From the NCBI GenBank assembly GCA_036388415.1, contig DASVRW010000002.1, forward strand, positions 353,396-417,395: a stretch of 64,000 nt of DNA, given 5' to 3'. The position numbers and the translations under genes are program-made. Numbering within the stretch: the first letter of the stretch is position 1; every line of letters starts with the position of its first letter. Below the pieces are notes generated by a model. The model searched no databases. It was not told the origin of the DNA and saw nothing but the letters and a program-made list of their open reading frames with translations. Below, piece after piece: positions 9,041 to 19,478 of this stretch. The DNA comes from Candidatus Saccharimonadales bacterium. Lineage in GTDB: Bacteria > Patescibacteriota > Saccharimonadia > Saccharimonadales > UBA4665.

Positions 9041-10648
9041 TCAGCCAACAACACGATAGACTTCTTCGAGTGTTGTGTCGCCATTGATGACCTTGAGGAC
9101 GCCGTCCTGCAACATGGTGATCATACCTTCTTCGACAGCCTTTTGCTCAATCATGTCAGTTGTCACTTGTCCAGGCGGCATGCGAAGCAGTTGCTGAACG
9201 CCCGATGTCATCTGCAGTTGCTCACGTATCGGGAACTGGCCGGTATAGCCGTAAGGATTGGCGGGTGACGTACCGGCTTTGTATAGCGTTAGCTGGCTCA
9301 GGTCCGGACGGTCGACACCGGGCGGCAGCGAATCGACGACAGTCTGCAGCTGCGCTCGCAGGCCGTCATCAGGCTGAAAGGCAACTTTGGTAGCGTCGTC
9401 GAGCCGGCGTATCAAGCGCTGGGCCATGATCAGGCGTATCGCCGAAGCAAACAGCGGATTGACACCGACAAAGTCAATCATCCGGGTTAATGCCGCTGCT
9501 GCCGATGAGGCGTGGAAAGTACTGAGGACGAGGTGACCTGTCAGGGCAGCCTGCAGCGCCGTCCGGGCAGTGTCCTGATCGCGGATTTCACCTACCATCA
9601 AGGTGTCCGGATCAAGCCGCAGGACAGCCCGAAGCTTATCGGCAAAGCCGGACGTGTTGTGATCGCCCTGCACCGGTATCTGCACGACGCCTGGAATGTA
9701 ATATTCGACTGGATCTTCTAGAGTTATGATCTTGCGTTCATCGGAGTTAAGCGTCGTTATCAGCGAGTACAAAGTCGTCGTCTTACCGGATCCAGTCGGG
9801 CCCACCACCAGCACCATACCCGTCGGATGGCTGATGATATCGTCGACGACACTGCGCTCACGGACTGACAGCCCGAGGCCGTCCAAATTGAGCATTTCCA
9901 GTTTTAGATTAAACAGGCGCATGACGACGTCCTGTCCGTAAATCGTCGGTACCGTTTCTACGCGAAGATTAACGGTTACTTTTTCGCCAGTTGCCATGGC
10001 ATATTCCTGGTTGATGTGACCGCTCTGCGGGTCGGGTGAAGCTGTCGACATGTTGGCAACAATCGCCATGCTGGACATCAATTGTTTGTATTTGCTAGGA
10101 CTCAGCCGGGCGATGGAATGCAGCACGCCGTCAACCCGAAAGCGGATCCGGACATCATCTTTTTCATTTTCCATGTGAATATCCGAGGCTTTGAGCCGGT
10201 AGGCCTGTTTGACGAGATAGGCTAGAACATCATCTGATAGCACTTGCTCCAAGGTTGCAGATACGCTTTTGATCAGATCGAGGTCTGTCGTCGTACCGAG
10301 CGATACATCTTCGTAGGTAATTTGTTTTGGCGGATTATAAAGCCGTAAGTAATCCCGAAATCCATTTTCAGAGATAATAGCAAAGGTAATGCGCTGACTA
10401 TTGAAATGAGCCTTGATGGCATTCATCGTCTGCTGCGATGTCGTCGTCGTGATACCAAACAGCACGTTTGATTTGTCGGCCTGCAATGGCACGATGCGGT
10501 ATTCACGGATCTGGGGTTCAGTCAGCAAATCTTTGTAAAGTTGCTTATCGGCAATCTTTGACGTATCAACATATGATAGATTAAGTATACGTGCCCGGCG
10601 CTGGGTAGCTAATTCCTCGTCAGATCGTGCGTCTTGGCTCATAACCAT
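9041..10648 (-). CDS. pilB: GspE/PilB-family type IV pilus / type II secretion assembly ATPase
   Basis: Walker A GPTGSGKTTTLYS, LEDPVEY, GEIRD and an N-terminal GspII_E-like region. Confidence 0.8.
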   Translation of the reverse strand: MVMSQDARSDEELATQRRARILNLSYVDTSKIADKQLYKDLLTEPQIREYRIVPLQADKSNVLFGITTTTSQQTMNAIKAHFNSQRITFAIISENGFRDYLRLYNPPKQITYEDVSLGTTTDLDLIKSVSATLEQVLSDDVLAYLVKQAYRLKASDIHMENEKDDVRIRFRVDGVLHSIARLSPSKYKQLMSSMAIVANMSTASPDPQSGHINQEYAMATGEKVTVNLRVETVPTIYGQDVVMRLFNLKLEMLNLDGLGLSVRERSVVDDIISHPTGMVLVVGPTGSGKTTTLYSLITTLNSDERKIITLEDPVEYYIPGVVQIPVQGDHNTSGFADKLRAVLRLDPDTLMVGEIRDQDTARTALQAALTGHLVLSTFHASSAAAALTRMIDFVGVNPLFASAIRLIMAQRLIRRLDDATKVAFQPDDGLRAQLQTVVDSLPPGVDRPDLSQLTLYKAGTSPANPYGYTGQFPIREQLQMTSGVQQLLRMPPGQVTTDMIEQKAVEEGMITMLQDGVLKVINGDTTLEEVYRVVG

Positions 10649-10682
10649 AAGTATAAATTAAAAGCTCGCTGGAGTACATTAA

Positions 10683-11222
10683 ATGGCCGGTAGCCACCAC
10701 CAGAACAATCCGACAAGCCGGAAGATTATCCTCATCGCCCATAATTTACGAAGCTGTCATAATGTCGGCTCGCTGCTTCGAACCGCCGAAGGGCTCGGCG
10801 TCAACGAAGTCATCCTCAGCGGCTACACGCCATATCCGCTGCGTGACGAAAATAATGACGATCGGCTGCCCCACATAGCTCACAAAATTGATAAACAGAT
10901 CCGCAAAACGGCACTTGGTGCTGAAACTATGGTAGCTTGGCGTCACGAAGTGAACATACAGAGCATTATAGATGAACTGCGCGGCGACGGTTGGCAGCTT
11001 GTCGCCGTGGAGCAAGCTGCTGATGCAGTCGACTTACCGGCGTTTATGCCAATGGGCAAAGTAGCGCTGGTCGTTGGACGCGAAGTTGAAGGTATCGAGG
11101 CTGATATACTGACCGCCATGGATAACATTGTCGAAATACCGATGTCCGGCCGCAAGGAATCGTTCAATGTCGTGCAGGCAGCGGCAATGGCATTGTACCA
11201 CTGCCGTTTCACCCGCCTTTGA
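10683..11222 (+). CDS. TrmH/SpoU-family RNA 2'-O-methyltransferase
   Basis: NLRSCHNVGSLLRTAEGLGV ... VVGREVEGI ... IPMSGRKESFNVVQAAAMALY are SpoU methylase motifs. Confidence 0.75.
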   Translation: MAGSHHQNNPTSRKIILIAHNLRSCHNVGSLLRTAEGLGVNEVILSGYTPYPLRDENNDDRLPHIAHKIDKQIRKTALGAETMVAWRHEVNIQSIIDELRGDGWQLVAVEQAADAVDLPAFMPMGKVALVVGREVEGIEADILTAMDNIVEIPMSGRKESFNVVQAAAMALYHCRFTRL

Positions 11223-11308
11223 CGATATTTACAGCCTATAAGCACAAGCTTATTGCTCGTAAACAGCATGCGTGATAGAATTATTGTAGAATACCTAAAA
11301 ACAAATAT

Positions 11309-12199
11309 ATGGCTCTGACAACTCAGCGTAAACCAACCGCCCATCACAAAAAAGCCACCGGCCAGCACCACCGCCGCAGCAAGCACTATCTGAAGGCGTA
11401 TTCGCCGTACCTGCCGCTGCTGCTCGTCGTCCTCATCGGACTAGCTATCAACAGCTTTTGGGCATCACGGACACAGGTCCTCGGTGCTGCGACCACCTTG
11501 TCAGCCAATGAACTATTGCAGGACACCAACATTGAACGTTCACGGCTGCAGCAGCCTGACCTAATCATCAATCCCAAGCTCAATGCCGCTGCCCAGGCCA
11601 AAGCCAATGACATGGTGCAGCGTGATTACTGGTCGCACAATGCGCCGGACGGCACGACGCCGTGGAGTTTTGTCGAGAGCAGTGGCTATGAGTATCAGGC
11701 TGCTGGCGAAAATCTGGCATTTGGATTTATGAACGCTCAGACCATTCTGGCGGGTTGGATGAACAGTCCGGAGCACCGGGCCAATGTCCTAAACAGCAAT
11801 TATGCAGACGTCGGCTTTGGTATTACGACTGCCGAAAACTTCCAAGGACAAGGTCGTACAACCGTCGTCGTGGCTATATATGGCCGACCAATATCAGCAA
11901 ATCTTGGTGTCACGGCTACCGTTAGCGGCACGGAGAGCGCGGCCACAACACAGCCCTACCGCAATGTTTCACGGATTGAGCTACTGACTGGTGGCGTCGC
12001 ACCCTGGAGCTTTGCCCTACTCACGGCCATAACACTGCTGGCGCTGGCTTTCCTGGTATTCCGTCACGCTATCGCCTGGCATCGTATGCTCATCAAAAGC
12101 GAAAACTTCGTACTACACCACAAGACCTTGGATGTTATCGTACTCAGCCTTCTCGTCGGCAGCGTCATACTAACGCGCACAGCTGGTTATATCAACTAG
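11309..12199 (+). CDS. Membrane-anchored CAP/SCP (YkwD-like) domain protein
   Basis: N-terminal TM, then YWSHNAPDG...GENLAFGF...GWMNSPEHRANVLN..YADVGFG, and a C-terminal TM pair. Confidence 0.65.
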   Translation: MALTTQRKPTAHHKKATGQHHRRSKHYLKAYSPYLPLLLVVLIGLAINSFWASRTQVLGAATTLSANELLQDTNIERSRLQQPDLIINPKLNAAAQAKANDMVQRDYWSHNAPDGTTPWSFVESSGYEYQAAGENLAFGFMNAQTILAGWMNSPEHRANVLNSNYADVGFGITTAENFQGQGRTTVVVAIYGRPISANLGVTATVSGTESAATTQPYRNVSRIELLTGGVAPWSFALLTAITLLALAFLVFRHAIAWHRMLIKSENFVLHHKTLDVIVLSLLVGSVILTRTAGYIN

Positions 12200-12213
12200 G
12201 ACAATACCGAAAA

Positions 12214-12345
12214 CTTAGTCTTAAAACCTCAGCTCTAATGTGGCAACCTGTTAGCGTTCTACAAATTATTTCATTCTATTTGATGGAAGATGTCGAGAAC
12301 TAACAGATATGTAAAGCTGATAGGTAGGTTTTGAGATGCAGGTTA
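12214..12345 (-). repeat. Long-hairpin intergenic repeat, decayed copy D
   Basis: Retains GTGGCAACCTG, AAATTATTTCAT and GGTAGGTTTTGAGAT.CAGGT in the same order as copy C. The rest is diverged. Confidence 0.6.
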
Positions 12346-12351
12346 TGTAAC

Positions 12352-15300
12352 CTAGTGGACTTTGACGTTCTCGCGTCCGACGAGTGATTGCAGTCGTTCC
12401 AGTGCCGGCAGTTCTTTGGCCATACCGACAGGCAACTTAATGATTTGCTTTTGATTGTCGGCGCCGAGCACCAGGACTACTTCGGTTGATCCTCGGTGCT
12501 CATCAATGGCTTGTTTGAGCGACATAAGCGTCGCGTTATCATTGGCGCTCAGCAAACGGATATACACTCGTTCAGGAGCTACCGGTGATGGCGGGCCTGA
12601 TTCCTCACCCGAAGTCCGTGTCGGCGCGGCCGCAGCTGCTTTTGCACCAGGGCCTTTCAGCGCGACCAGCTGCTTGCCTTTGAGGGGCTTTGGAATTGCT
12701 TTTTTGCGGCCGCGCGCCTTGTAGGCCTGAGCTTGCTCAAAGGTTATTTCACGGGCATCATCAACTAAAATTTTAAGTTCGTCAGTCAGTTTGCCCTCAC
12801 GGTCCCGGGCATTCACCTTGCCGTGCATCAGGATGATATGATCGCGCTCCCAAATACCAATCGTCTGCTGATAGGTGCTCGGGAATAGAATAACTTCGAT
12901 ATCACCAAACTTGTCCTCAATTTTCACGAACGCCATCTTATCACCCTTTTTGGTGGTAATCTCACGCATGTCGACGACGACGCCGCCAACCGTGACTGAT
13001 TTGCCGTCGTGCGCTGCTTTGAGCTCGGTCAGCGGTACTGTCTGCTCTTCGAGAATATCAGTGTACATATCGAGCGGGTGCTGCGATAAGTACAGTCCGA
13101 GCAGTTCACGCTCCCAAAGTAGCTGTTCGCGGCTGTTGTAGATAGTCGTGGCCGCTTCCAGGTCGAGTTGCGGCTTCAGGTCAATGCCGTCGACTGATTC
13201 GCCAAATAAATCGACCTGGCTGCTGTTTTGAGCTTTCTGGACGCGGTTTGCATAGGCCAGCATCAATTCCAAATTACACATCAGCTTGGAACGGTCGCCG
13301 TAACGATCGAATGCTCCGGCCTTGACAAGGCTTTCCATGGCTTTTTTATTACAGGTTTTGATATTGACGCAGCCGAGAAACTCCTCCAGATCATCAAACT
13401 TGTCGCAGACCTTGCGGGCGCGTAGTATTTCTTCGACAGCTCCGGTACCGACGTTTTTGATTGCCGCCATACCAAACCGAATCGGGGCTAGGCGGTTGTC
13501 CGGATTTTCGGGATCGGGCACAACGGCAAACTCAACGAACGACTCATTAACGTCGGGCGGCAAAACAGCAATTCCCATTTTGTTGCATTCCGATATTTCA
13601 ATCGACAGACGATCGGTATCGTCAAAATCGCTAGTCATTAGCGCCGCCATGAAAGCCGCCGGATAATGCGCCTTGAGGTAGGCTGTTTGATATGAAATCA
13701 TACCGTAGCAAGCGGAGTGCGATTTGTTAAAACAGTAGTCAGCGAAGCCGAGCAGGTCTTTCCAGAACTTTTCTATCACTGGCTTCGGTACGCCGTTGGC
13801 GACGGCACCGTCAATGAATTTGACCTGCATCTTGGCCATAACATCTTTTTTCTTTTTGCCGATTGCCTTACGGAGCGTATCAGCTTCTCCGCCGGTAAAG
13901 CCGCAGACATCACGCGATATACGCATCACCTGCTCCTGGTAGACCAGGACGCCGAATGTTGATCCCAGCGCTCCTTCCATAAGCGGATGGGCGTACACAA
14001 CCGGCTCGAGATTGTTCTTGCGCTTGATGAAGCTATCAGTCAGTCCGGCGCTGAGGGGACCGGGACGATACAAAGCGCCCATGGCGATCACATCGTCAAA
14101 TTCAGTCGCCTTCAGCTCGCGTAAGTAGCGCTTCATGCCACTTGATTCAAACTGGAACACACCGGTGGTATCGCCGCGCCGCAGCAGCTCAAACGTCTTC
14201 TCGTCGTCAAGGGGTAGCGTGTTGATATCTATTTCTTTACCGTACACCTTACGGATAATACGTAGGGCATTATTCATAACTGTTAAGTTAGATAAGCCTA
14301 AAAAGTCCATTTTGAGCAAGCCGAGTTCCTCGATTGGATCTTTGGAATACTGTGTTGATACAACGCCTTTTTGGGCCATTTCAAGTGGCGCAAATTTGAC
14401 GATATCGTCAGGAGCGATCACCACGCCACAAGCATGGACACCATGCGAGCGGATCGTACCTTCAACACGCACCGCCAGATCAAATACCCGATGTGCGACT
14501 TCGTTTGTCTCATATTCTTTCTTAAGATCAGCATCAGCTGCTATAGATTTCTCGAGTGGGATGTGACGGCCCTGCACGGGTGCGGGGACCATCTTTGACC
14601 AGCGATCAGCCTCGGCGTATGGCACCTGCAGCACCCGGGCAACATCGCGGACAGCATTACGGGCAGCCATGGTACCGAACGTGGCAATATTTGATACCCG
14701 CTCAGCGCCGTATTTGTCGGAACAATACTGTATCACCTCATCGCGGCGGGTGTCCTGAATGTCTATGTCGATATCAGGCATACTGATACGGTCAGGATTC
14801 AGAAAACGCTCGAACAAGAGATCGTACAGCAGCGGATCCAGCTCAGTGATGCGCAGCGCATAGGATATGATGGAGCCTGCCGCAGAGCCTCGGCCAGGAC
14901 CAAACACAATCCCCTGGTCTTTGCCCCAATTCATAAAATCGGCAATAATGAGGAAGTAACCATTGAAACCCATCTGTTCTATAACGCTGAGTTCGTACTC
15001 AGCACGCTTCAGCACCGGAGCCGACAACGAGGCTTTAATCTCATCTGTCGACAGGGCCTTGGCGGCTTCATTTGTTAGGCCGTTGTAACGCATTGTTAAG
15101 CCCTGATAGACTGTCTCGTCGAGGTAGCTTTTTTCGGTCATGCCTGCAGGCACGGGAAATTTCGGAATCAATATGCCGCCGAGTTCTATCTCGACATTGC
15201 AGCGGTCAGCAATCGTCCGCGTATTGCGGATAACCTCGGGATGTTCAGGGCCCCATCGCTTGATAAGCTCGTTTGGGTCTTCGACGTGCAGCGGATAATC

Positions 15301-16092
15301 TTTGAGCGACATGCGCTTTTCATCACTCAGAAACGAGCCAGTCCCGACACAGAGTAGAATCTCGTGAGCGTCCTGATCTTCGTGCTTCAAATAGTGGGCG
15401 TCGCAGGTCAGCGCAACCTCTATACCAAGCTCTTTACCCATTTTGAGCACCTGTTTGTTGATGTTGCCTTGTTCGACACTCGGCAGTGGATTATCCGGGT
15501 GTCCATGGTCTTGGATTTCCAGATAATAGCGGTCACCAAAGATGCTTTTGTACCATTTGGCGATTTCGTAAGCTTTTTCAGTCTGACCCTCTTTAAACGC
15601 GTTCCCGACCTCACCACCCATGCAGGCGCTGAGTACGATGAGCCCTTCGTTGTACTTCTCAAGCAGCTCGTGGTCGATACGCGGATGGTAGTAAAATCCC
15701 TGCAAATTGGCTACTGTCGAAAGTTTCATCAGGTTTTGATAACCCTTGTGGTTCATAGCGAGCAAAATCAGGTGAAAACGCTGTTTGTCCTTTTGCGGAT
15801 CCTTGTCGGTATGACGCCTCGAGGCCACATAGGTTTCAAGGCCAATAATCGGATTGATGCCGGTAGCTTTGCCGGTTTTATAGAAGTCAATTGCCCCGGA
15901 TAGCGTTCCGTGATCCGTCATGGCGACAGATGTCATGCCCTGTTCTTTGACATAATCAAATAGCGCCGGCAGCTTCGTGAGACCGTCGAGCAGACTGTAC
16001 TGCGTGTGATTATGTAGATGCACGTAATCACTAGGACTGAGTGGATTGACTGTGTCAGCCGCCATATTGTTACCCTTTATGTTTGTACTCAT
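12352..16092 (-). CDS. dnaE: DNA polymerase III alpha subunit
   Basis: 1246-aa ORF with PHP domain HLHNHTQYSLLDG, a polymerase core and an OB fold (VTVGGVVVDMREITTKKGDKMAFVKIEDKFG). Confidence 0.92.
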   Translation of the reverse strand: MSTNIKGNNMAADTVNPLSPSDYVHLHNHTQYSLLDGLTKLPALFDYVKEQGMTSVAMTDHGTLSGAIDFYKTGKATGINPIIGLETYVASRRHTDKDPQKDKQRFHLILLAMNHKGYQNLMKLSTVANLQGFYYHPRIDHELLEKYNEGLIVLSACMGGEVGNAFKEGQTEKAYEIAKWYKSIFGDRYYLEIQDHGHPDNPLPSVEQGNINKQVLKMGKELGIEVALTCDAHYLKHEDQDAHEILLCVGTGSFLSDEKRMSLKDYPLHVEDPNELIKRWGPEHPEVIRNTRTIADRCNVEIELGGILIPKFPVPAGMTEKSYLDETVYQGLTMRYNGLTNEAAKALSTDEIKASLSAPVLKRAEYELSVIEQMGFNGYFLIIADFMNWGKDQGIVFGPGRGSAAGSIISYALRITELDPLLYDLLFERFLNPDRISMPDIDIDIQDTRRDEVIQYCSDKYGAERVSNIATFGTMAARNAVRDVARVLQVPYAEADRWSKMVPAPVQGRHIPLEKSIAADADLKKEYETNEVAHRVFDLAVRVEGTIRSHGVHACGVVIAPDDIVKFAPLEMAQKGVVSTQYSKDPIEELGLLKMDFLGLSNLTVMNNALRIIRKVYGKEIDINTLPLDDEKTFELLRRGDTTGVFQFESSGMKRYLRELKATEFDDVIAMGALYRPGPLSAGLTDSFIKRKNNLEPVVYAHPLMEGALGSTFGVLVYQEQVMRISRDVCGFTGGEADTLRKAIGKKKKDVMAKMQVKFIDGAVANGVPKPVIEKFWKDLLGFADYCFNKSHSACYGMISYQTAYLKAHYPAAFMAALMTSDFDDTDRLSIEISECNKMGIAVLPPDVNESFVEFAVVPDPENPDNRLAPIRFGMAAIKNVGTGAVEEILRARKVCDKFDDLEEFLGCVNIKTCNKKAMESLVKAGAFDRYGDRSKLMCNLELMLAYANRVQKAQNSSQVDLFGESVDGIDLKPQLDLEAATTIYNSREQLLWERELLGLYLSQHPLDMYTDILEEQTVPLTELKAAHDGKSVTVGGVVVDMREITTKKGDKMAFVKIEDKFGDIEVILFPSTYQQTIGIWERDHIILMHGKVNARDREGKLTDELKILVDDAREITFEQAQAYKARGRKKAIPKPLKGKQLVALKGPGAKAAAAAPTRTSGEESGPPSPVAPERVYIRLLSANDNATLMSLKQAIDEHRGSTEVVLVLGADNQKQIIKLPVGMAKELPALERLQSLVGRENVKVH

Positions 16093-16188
16093 TATAAGAG
16101 CTGGCGCCGATTCAAGCGAGCATACAATTTACAACATGCACATCAAATGGCCCGGCACATAGATAGCAACGGTTCAAAATTGGTAGAA

Positions 16189-16611
16189 CTACTTCTTTTT
16201 CAGATATGTTTTCATGGCTTTGATGGCTTTGGACGCTTCACTGACGGCCGTATCTAGGTCGTGGTCATTAGCGTTTCCATCATGCAAGGCACTGAGGATT
16301 TCACGCGCCTTCTGGCGGGTCCGTGATGCTCTATGTACTATCTCGCCCTCCAGGGCAACTTCGTGTTTTTGTCTAGAAGAATGCTTTTCGTCGTGCTTGA
16401 TTTTGCTTTCGGCCTCACCAAGCAAATGATTGAGTTCTGTATGCAATTGCTTGAGCTGTTTTTCGGCCTTGGCAATGCTGCTATCGCGGACGCTGCGAAT
16501 GCTGCTCCGTGTATCGCTACCGCTTTTTGGAGCGGTCAAAATACCAGCTACGTAGCCGACCGCACCAGCTACAATTGTCCCAAGAGCGATCCGTTTTGCT
16601 TTACCATTCAT
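16189..16611 (-). CDS. YtxH-domain protein
   Basis: N-terminal GAVGYVAGILTAPKSGSDTR followed by helical repeats. Confidence 0.6.
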   Translation of the reverse strand: MNGKAKRIALGTIVAGAVGYVAGILTAPKSGSDTRSSIRSVRDSSIAKAEKQLKQLHTELNHLLGEAESKIKHDEKHSSRQKHEVALEGEIVHRASRTRQKAREILSALHDGNANDHDLDTAVSEASKAIKAMKTYLKKK

Positions 16612-16634
16612 GCTGTACCTGCCTATGCTTAGAC

Positions 16635-16883
16635 TTATTTAGACTTATTGTGGTGCCGGACAATGTTACTGACCATTTTCAATATAGCCAGTGGACCAGA
16701 AGCGTTCTTGAGCATATCACCGGCAGAACTGACTGAATCAACGGCTTTTTCTGCTCGGTCTGCAATCAGCTTGAGTTGTTTCATCAGCTTGACGGCTAAA
16801 ACAATTACCACAATCAATGCGATGAGGAATAGTGTGAGTGTTGCTGAAACGATGATGACCAGTATTTGTGTGGCGGTATCCAT
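16635..16883 (-). CDS. DUF948-like small membrane protein
   Basis: A single N-terminal TM followed by a helical tail. It is adjacent to the YtxH gene, as in Firmicutes. Confidence 0.5.
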   Translation of the reverse strand: MDTATQILVIIVSATLTLFLIALIVVIVLAVKLMKQLKLIADRAEKAVDSVSSAGDMLKNASGPLAILKMVSNIVRHHNKSK

Positions 16884-17003
16884 AAGTATCTCCTGTAATA
16901 TGTCTAGTTAGTCGAAGGTGCCCTTGTGTATAGTTATACCACGCAGAGTCTACTATTGAAGCAAAATAATTTACACAACATCGTTCAGCTATACAGCCAC
17001 AAT

Positions 17004-17897
17004 CTACATCTTCGAACGCAAATATGCCATGATGTCGTCCTGCATATCGGGCCGTTCAAGTGCAAAGTCGATGACCGTCTTAATGTACTCAAGCTTGTTT
17101 CCCGTGTCGTAATAAGTTCCGTTTTGGACTTCGTATCCATAAAACGGATGACCGTCGGCCATCATGGCTTGCATGGCTGGCTGAATTTGTAACTCAATTT
17201 TACCATCATAATTGGCAGCAGCTTTTTCAAGGTATGGAAATATTTCAGGCACCAACAAGTAACTACTGACACTGGCTAAGTCTGACGGCGCATTGTCCTT
17301 GCCTGGTTTTTCGATTATCTGGCTCATCTTAAGAATACCGTCATGTCCATCGACAGATTCGCCCGCGACAATTCCATAACGCTCGTAATCTTCATCCTTC
17401 TCGACACGAATACAGCTAAGTACCGATCCTTGTAGTTCATCGTATAGATTAATGAGCTGCGTGAATCGACTTGGACTGGCCCGGAAAAAGTCATCGGCAT
17501 AAGTATAAATGAACGGTTCATCACCTATGAGGTGCGCCGAATTGAGCAGTGGCGTCGCATTGCCGTATGGACCTTTTTGACGCAAGTAAATAAAATTGGC
17601 CAGGCCGGCAATAGCTTCAATCTCTTCGATATAGTGTTTTTTGCTCTCACCGCCAGCGATTAGGTTTGCCAGCAAATCCTGGCTTGGCATATCAAAGTGG
17701 TCTTCGATAGCCCGCTTGTTGCTGCTACCGACAATGATAATATCTTTGATACCTGCAGCAACTAAATCTTCAACGATATATTGGATAATCGGTTTATCAA
17801 CCAGTGGCAGCATTTCCTTGGGCATAGCCTTAGTCTGCGGCAAGAAGCGAGTACCGAATCCGGCTGCTGCAATGACTGCTTTTGTTACTTTGGCCAT
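17004..17897 (-). CDS. galU: UTP--glucose-1-phosphate uridylyltransferase
   Basis: AVIAAAGFGTRFLPQTKAMPKEMLPLVDKPIIQY is the canonical GalU N-terminus. Confidence 0.88.
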   Translation of the reverse strand: MAKVTKAVIAAAGFGTRFLPQTKAMPKEMLPLVDKPIIQYIVEDLVAAGIKDIIIVGSSNKRAIEDHFDMPSQDLLANLIAGGESKKHYIEEIEAIAGLANFIYLRQKGPYGNATPLLNSAHLIGDEPFIYTYADDFFRASPSRFTQLINLYDELQGSVLSCIRVEKDEDYERYGIVAGESVDGHDGILKMSQIIEKPGKDNAPSDLASVSSYLLVPEIFPYLEKAAANYDGKIELQIQPAMQAMMADGHPFYGYEVQNGTYYDTGNKLEYIKTVIDFALERPDMQDDIMAYLRSKM

Positions 17898-17948
17898 ATC
17901 GTATCTCCTGTTTACCGTTTACGCCTATGCAGTATAGCAACCTCTCTG

Positions 17949-19478
17949 CTATGCATCCATCCCCAGCTGTTTTTTTATGAGTTTTTGGGCAAGAGCTGGG
18001 TTCGCTTTGCCTGTCGAGCGTTTCATAACCTGGCCGACTAAGAAGCCAATCGCCTTCATTTCACCACCACGTACGTCATCAGCTGCTTTGACATTTTCTT
18101 TCAGGACAGCATCAACGATCTCCAGAATCGCAGTCTCATCTGACTCCTGTATGAAGCCTTGCTGCTCGGCAAAAGTGGCAATATCTCCGGGCAATACATC
18201 CGCGGCCAGCAAAACGAGCGTCAGAGCCTTGGCGTTTGTCGAACTTAGCTTACCGCTGCCGACTAAATCGGCAATCTTTCGGTACATTACAGCACGGTCC
18301 ACTCGCACCAGCGATACGTCACGGTTCACCGCCCCAGTCATTTCATCCGAATCATTGTGCGTCTCTGGCTTGCCAGCTTCCCGAACATAGGGAATATCAA
18401 TATTAACCAGCCAGTTGGCAAGCTGTCTGGCATAGGCCTGGTCATCGAGCGATTGTTCAAGGAGCGGTAAATAATTCTCTGCGAAGTACTCCACCTGTGC
18501 GTCGAGCAATGTTTCAATCTGCGCCGTGTTCAGTCCGAGTTCACCAAGACGGCTGCGCCATGCATCTGGCATTGGCGGCATTGCAGCCCGAATCTGCTCA
18601 ATGTATTCGGCAGTCAGCACGATAGGCGGCAGATCGGGATCTGGAAAATAGCGGTAATCATGCGAATCTTCCTTGGACCGCTGGCTAAACGTTACCTGGC
18701 GGGCATCGTCCCAGCCACGCGTCTCCTGATCAATCACCCCACCTTTTTCCAAAACTTCAATCTGGCGGTTCGTTTCATAATCTACCACTTTTTCAACTGC
18801 CCGGAAGCTATTGATGTTTTTGGTTTCCGTCCGCGTGCCCAGCTGGTCGGAGGTACTGACGCTAACATTGACATCAAATCGCATATTTCCATAGTATAAA
18901 TTGGCGTCAGACACATCTGCATACTTCATACGGAGGTATAGTTCGTGAGCGTAGGCTTTGGCCTCAACCGCCGAATGCATATCCGGCTCTGAAACGATTT
19001 CCAGCAGCGGCGTACCGGCGCGGTTCAGGTCGACCAAGCTGTAATCTTTGCCTGCAGGATGCGTACTTTTACCTGCATCAGCCTCGAGATGAGCCCGTGT
19101 TATGCCGATGGTTTTTGGCTTGCCGTCGATGGTAACCGTAATAGAACCGCCCAGAATTATCGGTTCGTCGAACTGGGTAATCTGGTAACCGAGCGGCAAA
19201 TCAGGATAAAAATAATGTTTCCGATCGAATTTACTGAACTTCTGTGGCTCCGAGCCGAGCGCAAATGCCGCCCGGGCAGCGAGATGTACTGCCTCGGCAT
19301 TGAGTACTGGCAGTGCACCAGGCAGGCCGAAGCATAGGTGACTGACGAGCGTATTTGGCGGCGCCTCGCGGGCATCGTTACCGACAGCAGCAAACAGTTT
19401 TGATTTTGTCTTGAGCTGGACATGACACTCAATGCCGATCGTAATTGTATATTTGTCGCGAGTTTCTGATGTAATCAT
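17949..19478 (-). CDS. gatB: Asp/Glu-tRNA amidotransferase subunit B
   Basis: IGIECHVQL..KSKLF, DLNRAGTPLLEIVSEPD and a C-terminal GatB_Yqey tail. Confidence 0.92.
   Translation of the reverse strand: MITSETRDKYTITIGIECHVQLKTKSKLFAAVGNDAREAPPNTLVSHLCFGLPGALPVLNAEAVHLAARAAFALGSEPQKFSKFDRKHYFYPDLPLGYQITQFDEPIILGGSITVTIDGKPKTIGITRAHLEADAGKSTHPAGKDYSLVDLNRAGTPLLEIVSEPDMHSAVEAKAYAHELYLRMKYADVSDANLYYGNMRFDVNVSVSTSDQLGTRTETKNINSFRAVEKVVDYETNRQIEVLEKGGVIDQETRGWDDARQVTFSQRSKEDSHDYRYFPDPDLPPIVLTAEYIEQIRAAMPPMPDAWRSRLGELGLNTAQIETLLDAQVEYFAENYLPLLEQSLDDQAYARQLANWLVNIDIPYVREAGKPETHNDSDEMTGAVNRDVSLVRVDRAVMYRKIADLVGSGKLSSTNAKALTLVLLAADVLPGDIATFAEQQGFIQESDETAILEIVDAVLKENVKAADDVRGGEMKAIGFLVGQVMKRSTGKANPALAQKLIKKQLGMDA

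Noticed and set aside
12352-12710. A ~118-aa C-terminal tail of DnaE: a basic/Ala-Pro-rich linker plus a small domain RVYIRLLS...VVLVLG...LQSLVG.
   Set aside because: DnaE C-termini are variable across phyla. I cannot show from sequence alone that this tail is unusual. It needs comparison with related DnaE proteins.
15364-15903. A 179-aa antisense ORF inside dnaE. Similar long antisense ORFs occur at 26011-26505, 40870-41361, 44818-45369, 10943-11386 and 2455-2928.
   Set aside because: Each is contained within a well-supported gene on the other strand. They are best explained as stop-codon-poor shadow frames.
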